Assembly: GCA_021776775.1 (NCBI GenBank)
Contig: JAJFFE010000316.1
Location: 617-64,616, forward strand
Direction of reading: 5' to 3'
DNA length: 64,000 nucleotides
Origin: Planctomycetota bacterium
GTDB taxonomy: Bacteria > Planctomycetota > UBA8108 > UBA1146 > JAJFFE01
Each line of letters opens with the position of its first letter. Position 1 is the first letter of the stretch. This document shows, in pieces, positions 38,612 to 48,733 of this stretch. A program made the position numbers and the translations under genes. Below the pieces are notes generated by a model. It saw only the letters and a list, made by a program, of their open reading frames with translations. It did not search any database and was not told where the DNA came from.

Positions 38612-40818
38612 CTGACGGTCGCGACAGCGCGAGTTCCCAACCCGACCGACGAAGTCGATACGAGCCGCCGGAGGTTATCGCAACTCCGGAGTCGGCCACC
38701 ATTCGCTCGCTCTTCGGCTGGCTGTTTGTCTTCGCTCGGCCGTATTGGCGTTTGTTCCTGTGCGTTCTGCTCTTGATGGCCGTCTACGCGAGCGGCAACA
38801 GTGTCCGCGTCGTGATGATGGGCGTGATCTTCGACAGTCTGTTGGTGCCCTCCGAGGACGCCACGCAAAAGAGCAAGATCGTCGAAGCGTACGAGAGCGT
38901 CACGCCGAAGCAGTGGCACTTGCCGCGCGTGGAGCGGCACTCGATCTCGGCCACTGAGCTCGAATTCAGTGGCGTGGTGCTCAACGAAGACGCGACCATC
39001 GACGATCCCAGCCGCCAGCGGTACAAAGCCGTGTTCGTTCCCGTCAAGGGTGAGGACATTGCACTGCGCGGCGCGTCCGACGGTGGGACCTTCAGCTACT
39101 CCAAGCTGACCCGGCTCGAAGTGACGACGAGGGCTCCGCTCGTGGCGGTCGAGGGTCGCTATCAGTACTCCGGGCCCTCGGTTCGAGTGAACATCGAACG
39201 CGGTGGGGGAGACGACAAAGGGTTGATCCCGTTCCTGATCGGCTTCGCGGTCCTCGGCGCGTTTCTCGCGGTCACCATTGCAACGTCTAACTATGGGCGA
39301 CTCTATCTTTCGCAGGTCTTGGTCATTCGGGTGATCGCTTCGATCCGGGGTCGGATCTTTCGTCACCTTTCACACCTGTCCGTCGACTTTTTTCAAGCGA
39401 GACGATCGGGAGATCTGATCTCGCGGTTGACCAACGACGTCGGCGCAATTCAGCTCTCGCTGCGGTACCTATTCGGGGAGATTTTTCAGCATCCGCTCAA
39501 CATCGTGATTTCTCTCGGAGTCGCGTTCTACGCCTCGCCTCAGTTGACGATCATGTTGTTGCCCCTGTTCCTCCTGCTGGTGATACCGATTGTTCGGCAG
39601 GGGAAGAAGGTCAAGAAGCACGGCCGAGGATCTTTGGCCAAGCTCGGCGAGGTGACCGAGGCCATGAGTCAGCTGTTGTCGGGGATTCGGGTGATCAAAG
39701 CGTTCGGGATGCAGCAGGGACAGAACCGCGAGTTTGAACAGCGCAACACCGAGTTCATTCGCAGCAACCTGCGCATGGTCAAGGCGAAGGTCAAGGGGCG
39801 GAGCCTCGCCGAGGGGCTCTACAACCTGCTGGCCGCCCTCGCCATGCTGTTCGCCGCATGGCTACTGATCTCCGAGTTCATCCCGTTGACGTTCGGTGAG
39901 TTCACCGTGTTCTTCGGCGCAATTTCCGCCATGTACCAGCCGTTGAAGTCGCTCTCTCGGGCGTACAACACCATGCAAGAGTCGGTCGCCGCGAGTGACC
40001 GCGTGTTCGAGATATTGCGTAGTCGATCGAGCGTCGTCGACCGAGAGGGTGCACCAGCGTTGGCGCCGTTCGCTCGGGAGATCACGTTCGATGGCGTTAG
40101 TTTTCGCTATGACGAGAACGCGGCTTGGGCGGTTCGGGACATCACATTCAAGGTTCCTCGCGGTAACACGCTGGCGCTAGTTGGCCGTAGTGGCGCGGGG
40201 AAATCGACCATGCTCGACTTGCTCGCGCGGTTCTACGATCCGACCGAAGGGCAGATTTTCATCGACGGCGTGAAGCTCACCGACGCGACGCAGGGGTCGC
40301 TGCTCGAGCAGATCTCGATCGTTGGCCAGGACGCGTTTCTCTTCAACACCAGTATTGAAGAGAACATCCGCTACGGTCGACCCGATGCGACGCTCGACGA
40401 CATTCGCCAGGCCGCCGAGGCTGCCGCAATCGATGACGAAATCATGGCGATGCCCCAGCAGTATCAATCGGTGATCGGCGATCGCGGCGCGAAGCTGTCC
40501 GGGGGGCAACGGCAGCGAGTGACGATCGCGCGCGCCATCCTCAAGAACGCCGAGATCCTGATCCTCGACGAAGCGACCTCGGCGCTCGACTCCGAGAGTG
40601 AGCGCCAGGTTCAGCAAGCCCTCGAGAACCTCATGCGCGGGCGAACCACGTTCGTCATCGCTCACCGACTATCGACGATCAAGCATGCGGACACCATCCT
40701 CGTCATGGATGCCGGCCGCATCGTCGAAGTCGGCAATCACGAGCAGTTGGCTGCCACCGACGGTCACTACGCGCGACTGCTTCGCATGCAGGACGAGGGA
40801 TTCCAGCGTGCCGAGTAG
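38608..40818 (+). CDS. MsbA-like ABC exporter (TMD plus NBD) with large extracytoplasmic insertion
   Basis: Walker A GRSGAGKST, LSGGQRQR, ILILDEATSALD, IAHRLST; six TM helices. Confidence 0.9.
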   Translation: MTDGRDSASSQPDRRSRYEPPEVIATPESATIRSLFGWLFVFARPYWRLFLCVLLLMAVYASGNSVRVVMMGVIFDSLLVPSEDATQKSKIVEAYESVTPKQWHLPRVERHSISATELEFSGVVLNEDATIDDPSRQRYKAVFVPVKGEDIALRGASDGGTFSYSKLTRLEVTTRAPLVAVEGRYQYSGPSVRVNIERGGGDDKGLIPFLIGFAVLGAFLAVTIATSNYGRLYLSQVLVIRVIASIRGRIFRHLSHLSVDFFQARRSGDLISRLTNDVGAIQLSLRYLFGEIFQHPLNIVISLGVAFYASPQLTIMLLPLFLLLVIPIVRQGKKVKKHGRGSLAKLGEVTEAMSQLLSGIRVIKAFGMQQGQNREFEQRNTEFIRSNLRMVKAKVKGRSLAEGLYNLLAALAMLFAAWLLISEFIPLTFGEFTVFFGAISAMYQPLKSLSRAYNTMQESVAASDRVFEILRSRSSVVDREGAPALAPFAREITFDGVSFRYDENAAWAVRDITFKVPRGNTLALVGRSGAGKSTMLDLLARFYDPTEGQIFIDGVKLTDATQGSLLEQISIVGQDAFLFNTSIEENIRYGRPDATLDDIRQAAEAAAIDDEIMAMPQQYQSVIGDRGAKLSGGQRQRVTIARAILKNAEILILDEATSALDSESERQVQQALENLMRGRTTFVIAHRLSTIKHADTILVMDAGRIVEVGNHEQLAATDGHYARLLRMQDEGFQRAE

Positions 40819-41602
40819 CAGCGCTTTTGAGTGTGTTCCGGTCGGGCACTTTCGCAGCGCTGCGCAAGCGAAAGTCGAGGCGCCTCGCCAACCGGGCCTG
40901 CTGCCGGACAACGTGGGACGAGTCGAGTTTCTTCCCGAGTACGCCGGAGCGATCTCTGATCTCGAGGGATTCGAGTTCGTCTGGCTCATCACGTGGCTCG
41001 ATCGGGCCGAAGGGTGGAGTCCGACTCTTCGTCCACCACGTTCGCGAACAAAGAAAACTCTGTTCGCGACCCGATCACCGCACCGGCCGAATCCTATCGG
41101 GCTGTCCGCGGTTCGAGTGCTGCGCCTCGACGGTTCCGTCTTGCACGTGAGAGGGCACGACCTTCTCGACGGCACTCCCATCCTCGACGTCAAACCGTAC
41201 CTAGCGTACGCCGATGCGCATCCCGACGCGCGGGCCGGTTGGGTCGAGGACGCGGACGGTGAGGTTTACGATGTAGAGTGGTCGGCCGACGCCCGCGAGC
41301 AGCTCGAGTGGCTTCGTGATCGAAGCGTGGATCTCGGTTCGGCGGAAGGGGTGCTCACGCTCCGGCCCCGACCGGCCCCGAGTCATCGGGTGCGAGAGCG
41401 GTCCGTCCTTGGCGAAACGGTCCTTTGCGAGTTCGCACTGCGCACGTGGCGTCTCGACTTTGATCGCGACGATCGTGTCGCGCGGGTGGTGATCACCGCG
41501 ATCCGAACCGGCTACTCGGACGCGGTGCTTCGGGGGGACGAGGAGAGTCGGTGGGATGACGTGCCGCTCCACCGAGAGTTCGGCGCCCGATTTCATCGGT
41601 AG
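40808..41602 (+). CDS. trmO: tRNA t6A37 N6-methyltransferase TrmO
   Basis: APRQP, DLEGF, FATRSPHRPNPIGLS, DLLDGTPILDVKPY. Confidence 0.9.
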   Translation: MPSSSAFECVPVGHFRSAAQAKVEAPRQPGLLPDNVGRVEFLPEYAGAISDLEGFEFVWLITWLDRAEGWSPTLRPPRSRTKKTLFATRSPHRPNPIGLSAVRVLRLDGSVLHVRGHDLLDGTPILDVKPYLAYADAHPDARAGWVEDADGEVYDVEWSADAREQLEWLRDRSVDLGSAEGVLTLRPRPAPSHRVRERSVLGETVLCEFALRTWRLDFDRDDRVARVVITAIRTGYSDAVLRGDEESRWDDVPLHREFGARFHR

Positions 41603-41813
41603 GAGCTGGCCAACACGTTGCTCCGAAATGGTTTGTGGCCATGGCGCTCCACAGTTCGGATCTGGCCAGCCGGGGGCTCGCCCGTTATAGTTCAGCCTCG
41701 AATTCTGGCGGATCACCGGCCGTGCCCGGGCGCTGTCGCCGTTGGCGTCTCCTCTGTCGCCAAGGGCCATCCCTCACCGTCATGAAATCGAAGAAACACT
41801 GGGAGGTACTCCG

Positions 41814-42461
41814 ATGCGTATCCCGTCCGTAATCATCGCCAGCGTCGTGCTGGTGCTCGTCTGTACCGGCGCGCTCGCCCCGATCGGGCTCGGCGTCGTC
41901 GGCAAGGTCAAATCCGTATCCGAAGACGGCAAGTCGTTCGAGATCAGCGCCAAGGGCGTCAAGAAGACGTTGGTCTTCGACGACAAAGAGACCGCCTTCA
42001 AGAAGGTCGACGTCAAGCCGTTCAGCACGTTCAAAGAGGGCGATCGTCTCTTTGTGCTCGGTAAAAAGACAGAAGGCAACGAACGCGTCGAAGCTGCGAT
42101 CAACGGGATCATCGCGATTGCCAGCGGCGAGTTCGACTCCCCGGATCTGCCGGAGAAGCAAAAAGGCATCAAAGGGCTCGAGTGGATCAGCGGCTCGCTC
42201 GAGATGGACGGCAAGCGACTCAAGCTCGGCGGCGCAACTCTGACCACAGGTGGTAAGCGCGGGGTTGCCGTGTTCTCCAAGTGCAAGCGGGACGAACTCA
42301 TGAAGGCGAAGACTTCTGTCTTCGTCCGCGGTCGATTCCACAAGAAGTCCAAGGAAGAGAAGTTTCACCGAATCATGGCGTCGGAACTCACTCTCATCAA
42401 CAAAGGTGTTTCGCCGAAAGAGTACAGCTTCCTGTTTGATTTGAGCCGAGAGAAGAAGTAG
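41814..42461 (+). CDS. Secreted Lys-rich hypothetical protein (two OB-fold/DUF5666-like repeats)
   Basis: GGAGG SD; signal peptide; G.V.SV..DG..F.I...F.EGD.LFV.G and a second similar unit. Confidence 0.65.
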   Translation: MRIPSVIIASVVLVLVCTGALAPIGLGVVGKVKSVSEDGKSFEISAKGVKKTLVFDDKETAFKKVDVKPFSTFKEGDRLFVLGKKTEGNERVEAAINGIIAIASGEFDSPDLPEKQKGIKGLEWISGSLEMDGKRLKLGGATLTTGGKRGVAVFSKCKRDELMKAKTSVFVRGRFHKKSKEEKFHRIMASELTLINKGVSPKEYSFLFDLSREKK

Positions 42462-42465
42462 TCAG

Positions 42466-43008
42466 ATGCCAAAAGAGCGAGCAATGGGCGCGACCGCGGT
42501 GAAAGACCTGGTCGCGTGGCTGCAAGGATTCGAAGAGAGAATCCCGATCGATGAGTTGAAAGCTCGACTCATCGAAACGCCGATCGCGATCGACGATGTC
42601 GCGGACAAGGTTCAGTTTGGAGAGAGAACCTATCAGCGCAACCTGCTCGCTCACGGACGCCAGTTCTACGCCATCGTGATGTGTTGGAAGCCGGGGCAGT
42701 CGAGTCCGGTGCACGACCATCGCGGAGCGTCCTGTGGGGTTCGAGTCCTGCAGGGCGTGGCGACCGAAACGACCTATCGCTGGGAGAACGAGAAGCTAGT
42801 CGTCGACTCAGTCCAAGAGCGTCCGCAGGGTGGGGTTTGTGGATCGTTCGACGCCGACGTTCACGACATCAGCAACAACGGTGACGTGGGACTCGTCACG
42901 TTGCACATTTACTCGCCGTATCTGACGAACGTGAACATCTACGATTTGGAGAGTGGTGAGGTCACGGTCTTCACCGACCCGCTTGTCGAAGAGATGCTGA
43001 AGGCGTAG
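42466..43008 (+). CDS. Cysteine dioxygenase family protein
   Basis: YQRNL, CWKPGQSSPVHDH, H.ISN, TLHIYSP. Confidence 0.88.
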   Translation: MPKERAMGATAVKDLVAWLQGFEERIPIDELKARLIETPIAIDDVADKVQFGERTYQRNLLAHGRQFYAIVMCWKPGQSSPVHDHRGASCGVRVLQGVATETTYRWENEKLVVDSVQERPQGGVCGSFDADVHDISNNGDVGLVTLHIYSPYLTNVNIYDLESGEVTVFTDPLVEEMLKA

Positions 43009-43034
43009 CCAACGCGACTCGGCCCGCCGCGCGA

Positions 43035-44045
43035 CTACGGTCGGTTCATGGCCTCCCAAATGCCAACGTCGAACCGGCCGTTCGAATCCGCGGCTCCGCG
43101 AAACATCCCCTGAGAGTTGAACGAGAAGACGATCGCTCCATCGGAGCCGACCGCGATCAATCCGCCGTCGCCGGGTGAGAGTACGTCGTGAATCACCTGG
43201 TCGGCGGCGGTTCGAAGAGACGCGCCCGCGTATTGCATTCGCGCCGCCACGTCCCGAGCCACGCCGTGGCGGATGAACAGCTCTCCCGTTCCGGTGCACG
43301 ACACGGCGCACGTGGTGTTGTCGGCGAAGGTTCCCGCGCCGACGATCGGCGAGTCCCCGACCCGACCGAAACGCTTGTTGGTCATTCCGCCGGTCGACGT
43401 GGCCGCCGCCAAGTTCCCGTGCCGATCGAGCGCGACCGCGCCTACCGTCCCGTAGGCGTCATTCGGCAGCATGGCGGCGTTGTTCGCCTCCCGCGCCTTC
43501 GCCCGCTTCAACGCTTCGCGACGACGCTCGGTCTGGAAGTACGTGTTGTCGACAAAGGTGAGACCTTGCTCACGGGCGAACTGCTCTGCGCCAGACCCGA
43601 TGAGGAAGACGTGCCGTGAATTCTCCATGACGCGCCGCGCGAGCGTGATCGGGCTACGCACAGTCGTGATTCCCGAGACCGCGCCGCAGTTGAGATCGGC
43701 GCCGTTCATGATGGAGGCGTCGAGTTCGCACGTCTCCGCGTTCGTGAACACCGCGCCCTTGCCAGCATTGAACAGCGGGTTCTCTTCCATGAGCCGGATC
43801 ACCGCCTCGACGGCATCGAGGCTGGTCCCACCATCGTCCAGGATCTCTCTTCCTGTTTCGAGCGCGGCGGTAAGAGACTCTCGGTACGCGACTCGCTCAG
43901 ACTCCGGGCGATCGTGTGAGATCACTCCCGCGCCGCCATGGATGGCGAGTGCCCACTCTGCCTTCGGTGCGGATTGGCAGCCGCATAGGGATGCGACCGC
44001 GAGCAGCAGAGCGATGGTGATCGAACTCGTGGAGAACTTCCGCAT
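43035..44045 (-). CDS. iaaA: Isoaspartyl peptidase/L-asparaginase (Ntn hydrolase) with lipoprotein-like signal
   Basis: AIHGGAG, FNAGKG, ELDASIM, GTVGAVA, AATSTGG, GRVGDSP; AAGGAG SD. Confidence 0.88.
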   Translation of the reverse strand: MRKFSTSSITIALLLAVASLCGCQSAPKAEWALAIHGGAGVISHDRPESERVAYRESLTAALETGREILDDGGTSLDAVEAVIRLMEENPLFNAGKGAVFTNAETCELDASIMNGADLNCGAVSGITTVRSPITLARRVMENSRHVFLIGSGAEQFAREQGLTFVDNTYFQTERRREALKRAKAREANNAAMLPNDAYGTVGAVALDRHGNLAAATSTGGMTNKRFGRVGDSPIVGAGTFADNTTCAVSCTGTGELFIRHGVARDVAARMQYAGASLRTAADQVIHDVLSPGDGGLIAVGSDGAIVFSFNSQGMFRGAADSNGRFDVGIWEAMNRP

Positions 44046-44440
44046 GACTGGCTCCTTGGTAGACAGGGAGCTGTAGTCCACCGAGGTTTGGATTGGCCGT
44101 CAAGGGGTTGGGTGCACCGGGCGATAGTCGGCGGGAGGTTTCGACTCAACGGCGCTTGCGGCAGACACGACTCGGCTAGATTCGCGCTTCGAACGATTCG
44201 GCGCGCCGCTCAGTACGGCTGTCCATCTTCAGCCTGGCGATGCGTCTAGGCGATTGGGAACGCTGTTCGTTGTGCTTTCGTCTCTTGGCCGCTTTCTCGC
44301 CAAGCCGCGAAGGACCGCCAAGGCCGCCAAGAACTTGACCCTCGTAGCCGTGCAATTGTTGGGCTGGACTCGCGTCGAGAGATTCAGCACGGCGGCTAAG
44401 TTCCAGGTATCCCATCATCAGCTTGGCTGATGCGAAGGGG

Positions 44441-44854
44441 CTAGCTAGCGTCGCGCTCGAGCGACTCTTGCCATGCGTCTTTCGTGTGCCACGCGTGATC
44501 GACGCAGTGTTCCGATGAGAAGGCGATCTCTTCGATCCAGCGTAACAGGCCGATCAGATGGGGCGTGTCGTCGGTGCCGAACAGCCGGCGAAGGCGAGAC
44601 AGCTTCGATGCGACCACGACGAGCCAGAGATCTCTCTCTTCGTCGACACAGCCGACCAAGACGGCGAAGCGGTGCTTTCCGAGGCGAACATTCACTGTCC
44701 ATGAATGCGCGTTTTGAGTGAGGGTCACGGCGTCGGCGCCGCGCTCCGTCAAGCCATCGACGAAGGTGCGGGCGACGATCTCTCGCGAGTCGTTGTTCTT
44801 CAGGTCGGTGTTGTGGCCGTGAGTCGGCCAGCGGAAGGTCAGGTGATCGTGCAT
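44441..44854 (-). CDS. Hypothetical protein
   Basis: Protein-like ORF starting 2 nt after the upstream stop. Confidence 0.6.
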   Translation of the reverse strand: MHDHLTFRWPTHGHNTDLKNNDSREIVARTFVDGLTERGADAVTLTQNAHSWTVNVRLGKHRFAVLVGCVDEERDLWLVVVASKLSRLRRLFGTDDTPHLIGLLRWIEEIAFSSEHCVDHAWHTKDAWQESLERDAS

Positions 44855-44856
44855 CG

Positions 44857-45795
44857 TTACCGTTCGAGCGAATCGAAGTCGATCGACGCGAAGAGTGTCT
44901 CCAGAGTGGAGAGGTGCGTCATCGTTCCGACGAGATATACGTGGAACCGTCCGCGCACGACGACTTCCGCCGAGGCCGTGGAGGCTAGACCGTTGTAACG
45001 CACGAATCCCGGGTGGTTGCCGAACATCCTTGCTCGTTCGAACTCCAGGCCGTCGGACGCCCGCTCACGGGTGGCTGCTTGTTGCCACAGCAACGCTCGC
45101 CGGGTGAGTTCGGCGCACTCGCGACCGAGGTCGGCGATGTGCAGTTGGACGCGACCCGCTTTGCGGTGCTTATAGTTCGCGGACGCCGTCGTGGCGGCCG
45201 TGCCGAAGATCGACCCTCGCCAGTGATCCGTGGTGATTCGTTTCAGCCCTTTGCTGGAATCGTCCGCCGGCAGTGTCGATTCGAGTGTTGCCGATGCGAC
45301 GAGTCTGTCGTACAGATCGCCGGGAACGTGCACATCGCGCGAGACCACGGGCTCGTTCGATTTGACCGTCCGTGGCTTCGCGGACTCAGACGTGGACGGT
45401 GGAGCGTCGCCGAGAAGTGCGCCCAAACCATCCGGGTCCTTGCCGAGCTCATCCGTCGATTTCAGTAACTCTTCGAGCGCCGCGTCGCGTTCGGGGCTGC
45501 TCTCCGGCTCCGCGCCACCGCCGAGCATCTCCAAGAGTTCCTCCGCACTCATCTTCTTGGTCGTGTTAGGCCCGTTGTTTGTGTGGGGCGCGGCGTTGCC
45601 CCCCGGATCCGTCGCCCCGGCGTTTCCCTGGGCGGTGTTGATAGAAGTGGGCTGGTCTGGGTCGGGGTCGACATCGCGCGGCACCGTTTGCCCACACGCG
45701 GTCAGGACGACCGCGGCCAGGAGCGCGGAAGCTAGATGCCGGTTGCGATTTCGGGCGTCGGGTAGCCGCTCTAGGATCACGGTCGTGTGGATCAT
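44857..45795 (-). CDS. Hypothetical lipoprotein
   Basis: Lipobox VVLTAC, disordered linker, globular C-terminal domain. Confidence 0.65.
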   Translation of the reverse strand: MIHTTVILERLPDARNRNRHLASALLAAVVLTACGQTVPRDVDPDPDQPTSINTAQGNAGATDPGGNAAPHTNNGPNTTKKMSAEELLEMLGGGAEPESSPERDAALEELLKSTDELGKDPDGLGALLGDAPPSTSESAKPRTVKSNEPVVSRDVHVPGDLYDRLVASATLESTLPADDSSKGLKRITTDHWRGSIFGTAATTASANYKHRKAGRVQLHIADLGRECAELTRRALLWQQAATRERASDGLEFERARMFGNHPGFVRYNGLASTASAEVVVRGRFHVYLVGTMTHLSTLETLFASIDFDSLER

Positions 45796-45946
45796 GCGCT
45801 CTCTTTCGCGTCGCTCGCCTGGATGGACTTGGGGTGTGGAGGCGGCGTGGCTGAAGTGTCTCACGACGAGTGTCACCTAATCGTGTCACCGAGTCGTGTC
45901 GATCGCTCTACTGTGCCCTACTGTGCCGCCTCGGAACTCCCGGCAC

Positions 45947-46843
45947 TTACTTCTTCTTCTGCTGCTTCGCTTTCAACGCTTCCGCTTCGGCCCGGGTCTT
46001 GGTCGCTGCGTCGCTCTTACCTTCGAGCTCTTCCAGGTCAGCGCGCAACTCCAAGAACTTGAGCTTGGATCGGGCGTCATTGTAGCGATCTGCGTTCATC
46101 AAGCCACGTTCGATGGTGACGGTCGCGCGGGGGAGACGGCCGAGTTGCATCAGGATCGGTGCCATTTGTAGGTCGAGCCCATTGGCGCTTCGGTGAAGCG
46201 CTAACCCGTGGTACAGGATTCGTGCCGTCGAGATCGATTTCAACGCTTCCTCGTGCTTGCCGAGTCCGCCGTGCGCCCGACCCAGCGCGGACATCGCCAT
46301 CGCCGTTCCCCACCAGTCGCCGAGAGGCCACGCTGCGTCGAGTCCCGCCTGAGCGTGCGTGACGGCTTCGTCGTACTTCTTCTCTTTGAATGCGTTCGAC
46401 GAAGCGCGGCACTCCCGCTGACCCACTCGGAACTGCTTCTTCTGATCGTCGCTCCAACCCACGAAGCTCGAAGTGTAGTCGTAGATGTCCGGTGACATGA
46501 ACGCTTGCGACGCCGCCTTCGCTCCCCGGAGCGCGCGCTCGTGCATCGCTTTGATGTCCGCCGCCTTGGCGTTACCCTCCTTCTCGAACAATCCGAGGCT
46601 TCCCTCGAGGTAGCTGTCGATGAGAAACATCACCCCGTTGGGGTTGTCGCGGAACAGTTTGACGACGTCGTCGTGCTTGTCAGCGCTGTCGAGTGTTTCG
46701 AACCGCGCTTTGAGTTCTTTGCCCGACAGCGGCGCCTGTAAGGCGGCGGGGGATGGATTAGGCAGGAGGTTGGCATTCGCGGGCGCAGACGGTGCGATCA
46801 CGTGCAGCAACGTCGACGTCACCATGAAGAAAGTCGCGAGCAT
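45947..46843 (-). CDS. Secreted helical/TPR-like protein
   Basis: GAGAGGG SD; signal-like N-terminus; TPR-like A...LG..H..LG....A helices. Confidence 0.7.
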   Translation of the reverse strand: MLATFFMVTSTLLHVIAPSAPANANLLPNPSPAALQAPLSGKELKARFETLDSADKHDDVVKLFRDNPNGVMFLIDSYLEGSLGLFEKEGNAKAADIKAMHERALRGAKAASQAFMSPDIYDYTSSFVGWSDDQKKQFRVGQRECRASSNAFKEKKYDEAVTHAQAGLDAAWPLGDWWGTAMAMSALGRAHGGLGKHEEALKSISTARILYHGLALHRSANGLDLQMAPILMQLGRLPRATVTIERGLMNADRYNDARSKLKFLELRADLEELEGKSDAATKTRAEAEALKAKQQKKK

Positions 46844-47200
46844 GGTTTTCCCTCTCGTGGGTTCAGTGGCTCACGCGGACACGGGTCGACGCGGAGCACT
46901 CGATGTCGCCGGACGGCGATCTAACAGCGTAGCAACCTACTCGGAGGGAAGGAAGGCCGCCTCGGAGGACTTCCGCTCGGAAGAGCCGCGGATGGAAGTG
47001 TGGGCCGCTCCGTGCGTCAGCAGCTGCAGGGTATGGCTAGCCCGGCCGAAAAGTCAGAGGCACGGAAAGCCGTAACCAGGTCGTTCGCATCCGGGCGCGG
47101 GTGATCGGGACGGTGATTCGATAGAGCGAGGGGGGGGGTGTTGGACCGGAACGTCCCCAAGCGCGTATGGGCCGATCCCTGAGACCGTTGATCGGTCCCC

Positions 47201-47245
47201 AAAAAAGAACGCGGCGCAACTCAGCGATAGGCTGAACTGCGCCGC
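47201..47245 (-). terminator. Rho-independent terminator of the Gfo/Idh/MocA gene
   Basis: Minus strand GCGGCGCAG.TCAGC-loop-GCTGAGTTGCGCCGC-GTTCTTTTTT. Confidence 0.8.
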
Positions 47246-47267
47246 CTCCTAGTTTGGTTCTCGGAGC

Positions 47268-48560
47268 TTAGACGAGTGGCGTTTGGCCGGGGATCGCTAC
47301 CGGATCCGTCTGCAGCGCGCCGAACTCCCACGTACTCGGAACAATGTTGAGCTCCGAACTCATGGCGAAGTCCCAAGTCACAACCTTGCCCGTGTAGGCG
47401 CTCATTCGGCCCATGATCGCGGTCAAGGTGGACTCGGCGATTCGCTGGCCTTCGTTCAACGGTTCGCCGGATCGGATGCTCGCGATCAGATCGGTGTGCT
47501 CTTGAACGTATGGGTTTCGATCTTGGCGGCCGTTGTGGCGATAGGGCGTGGCGCCTTCGAGGCGTCCACCGGGGTTGGACCACCCCTTGGTCCCGACGAT
47601 CTTCTCCGCCACTCGGCTATCGGAGCCCGGAGCTTGTCGGCACATGCTTTGAAAGCGAACGCCGTTGGCGAACTCGTACTCGATCGCGAAGTGATCGAAG
47701 ATGTTGCCGTACTCTTCGGCCGTTCGCGATTGTCGGCCACCCATTCCGTACGCTTTGACCGGCGGTCCACCCATCGACCAGTTCATCACGTCGAGGTTGT
47801 GTACGTGTTGCTCGACGATGTGATCTCCTGAAGCCCACGCGAAGTAGAGCCAGTTGCGCAGCTGGTACTCCATGTCCGTGTAGTCGGGCTTTCGCTTGTG
47901 AACCCAGAGTCCGCCTTGGTTCCAGTAGACCTGTCCGCCGACGACGTCGCCGATGTCTCCGTTTTGGATTCGCTTCATGCACTCGAGGTACGAAGTCTGA
48001 TGTCGACGTTGAGTTCCCGCGACGATCGCCAGCTTCTTCTCTTTGGCGAGCTTCGAGGACTCGATCACCGATCGGATGCCCGCCGGATCGGTCGCGACTG
48101 GTTTCTCCATGAAGACGTTGACGCCACCCTTGATCGCCGCGTCGAGGTGTATGGGGCGAAACGCCGGCGGGGTCGCGAGGATGACAAGGTCGACTCCGGA
48201 ATCGATCACTTGTTGGTAGGCGTCGAAGCCGGTGAAGCACCGCTCGTCGGTAACCGCGTAACCGTCCCCGAGGTTCTTTAGGTTGTTGCGCGATCCCTGC
48301 AGGCGGTCGCCGAACAGATCACCCATGGCCCAAATTTGAATCCCGTCGGACGATTCGACGCAGTTGGAGGCAGCGCCTGTCCCGCGCCCGCCGCAACCGA
48401 TCAATCCGACCTTCAACGTGTCTTGCCCAGCGGCGAAGAGTTGCACGGGAGAAACCGCCACGGCAGCGGCCGCCGCGCCGAGCGCCGACACTTTGATGAA
48501 CTCACGTCGGCTCGTTTCGCCGGTTGGCCGCGGTGTGTGGCCATCCTTCTCGGTGCTCAT
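47268..48560 (-). CDS. Tat-exported Gfo/Idh/MocA oxidoreductase
   Basis: SRREFIK Tat motif; GLIGCGGRG, ATPP.FRP.H, MEKP, EQHVHNLD. Confidence 0.92.
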   Translation of the reverse strand: MSTEKDGHTPRPTGETSRREFIKVSALGAAAAAVAVSPVQLFAAGQDTLKVGLIGCGGRGTGAASNCVESSDGIQIWAMGDLFGDRLQGSRNNLKNLGDGYAVTDERCFTGFDAYQQVIDSGVDLVILATPPAFRPIHLDAAIKGGVNVFMEKPVATDPAGIRSVIESSKLAKEKKLAIVAGTQRRHQTSYLECMKRIQNGDIGDVVGGQVYWNQGGLWVHKRKPDYTDMEYQLRNWLYFAWASGDHIVEQHVHNLDVMNWSMGGPPVKAYGMGGRQSRTAEEYGNIFDHFAIEYEFANGVRFQSMCRQAPGSDSRVAEKIVGTKGWSNPGGRLEGATPYRHNGRQDRNPYVQEHTDLIASIRSGEPLNEGQRIAESTLTAIMGRMSAYTGKVVTWDFAMSSELNIVPSTWEFGALQTDPVAIPGQTPLV

Positions 48561-48733
48561 GGTCGGACCCTTTCTGTAGGTGATCATCATGGGGTTGGGA
48601 ATCGGCCTGTCAGAAGTAGCCTACGAGTGTTGCAAACCGGCGCGGCCGTGTCGAGGCAAGCGGCCGACTCTACCGAGAGAGAGCGAAAATCGGTAGGCTG
48701 ACACCCTTCGACGACAGCGATGAAAGAGACCGT

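Noticed and set aside
44176-44418. 80-aa minus-strand ORF
   Set aside because: No SD, low-complexity translation, overlaps the repeat and hairpin motifs
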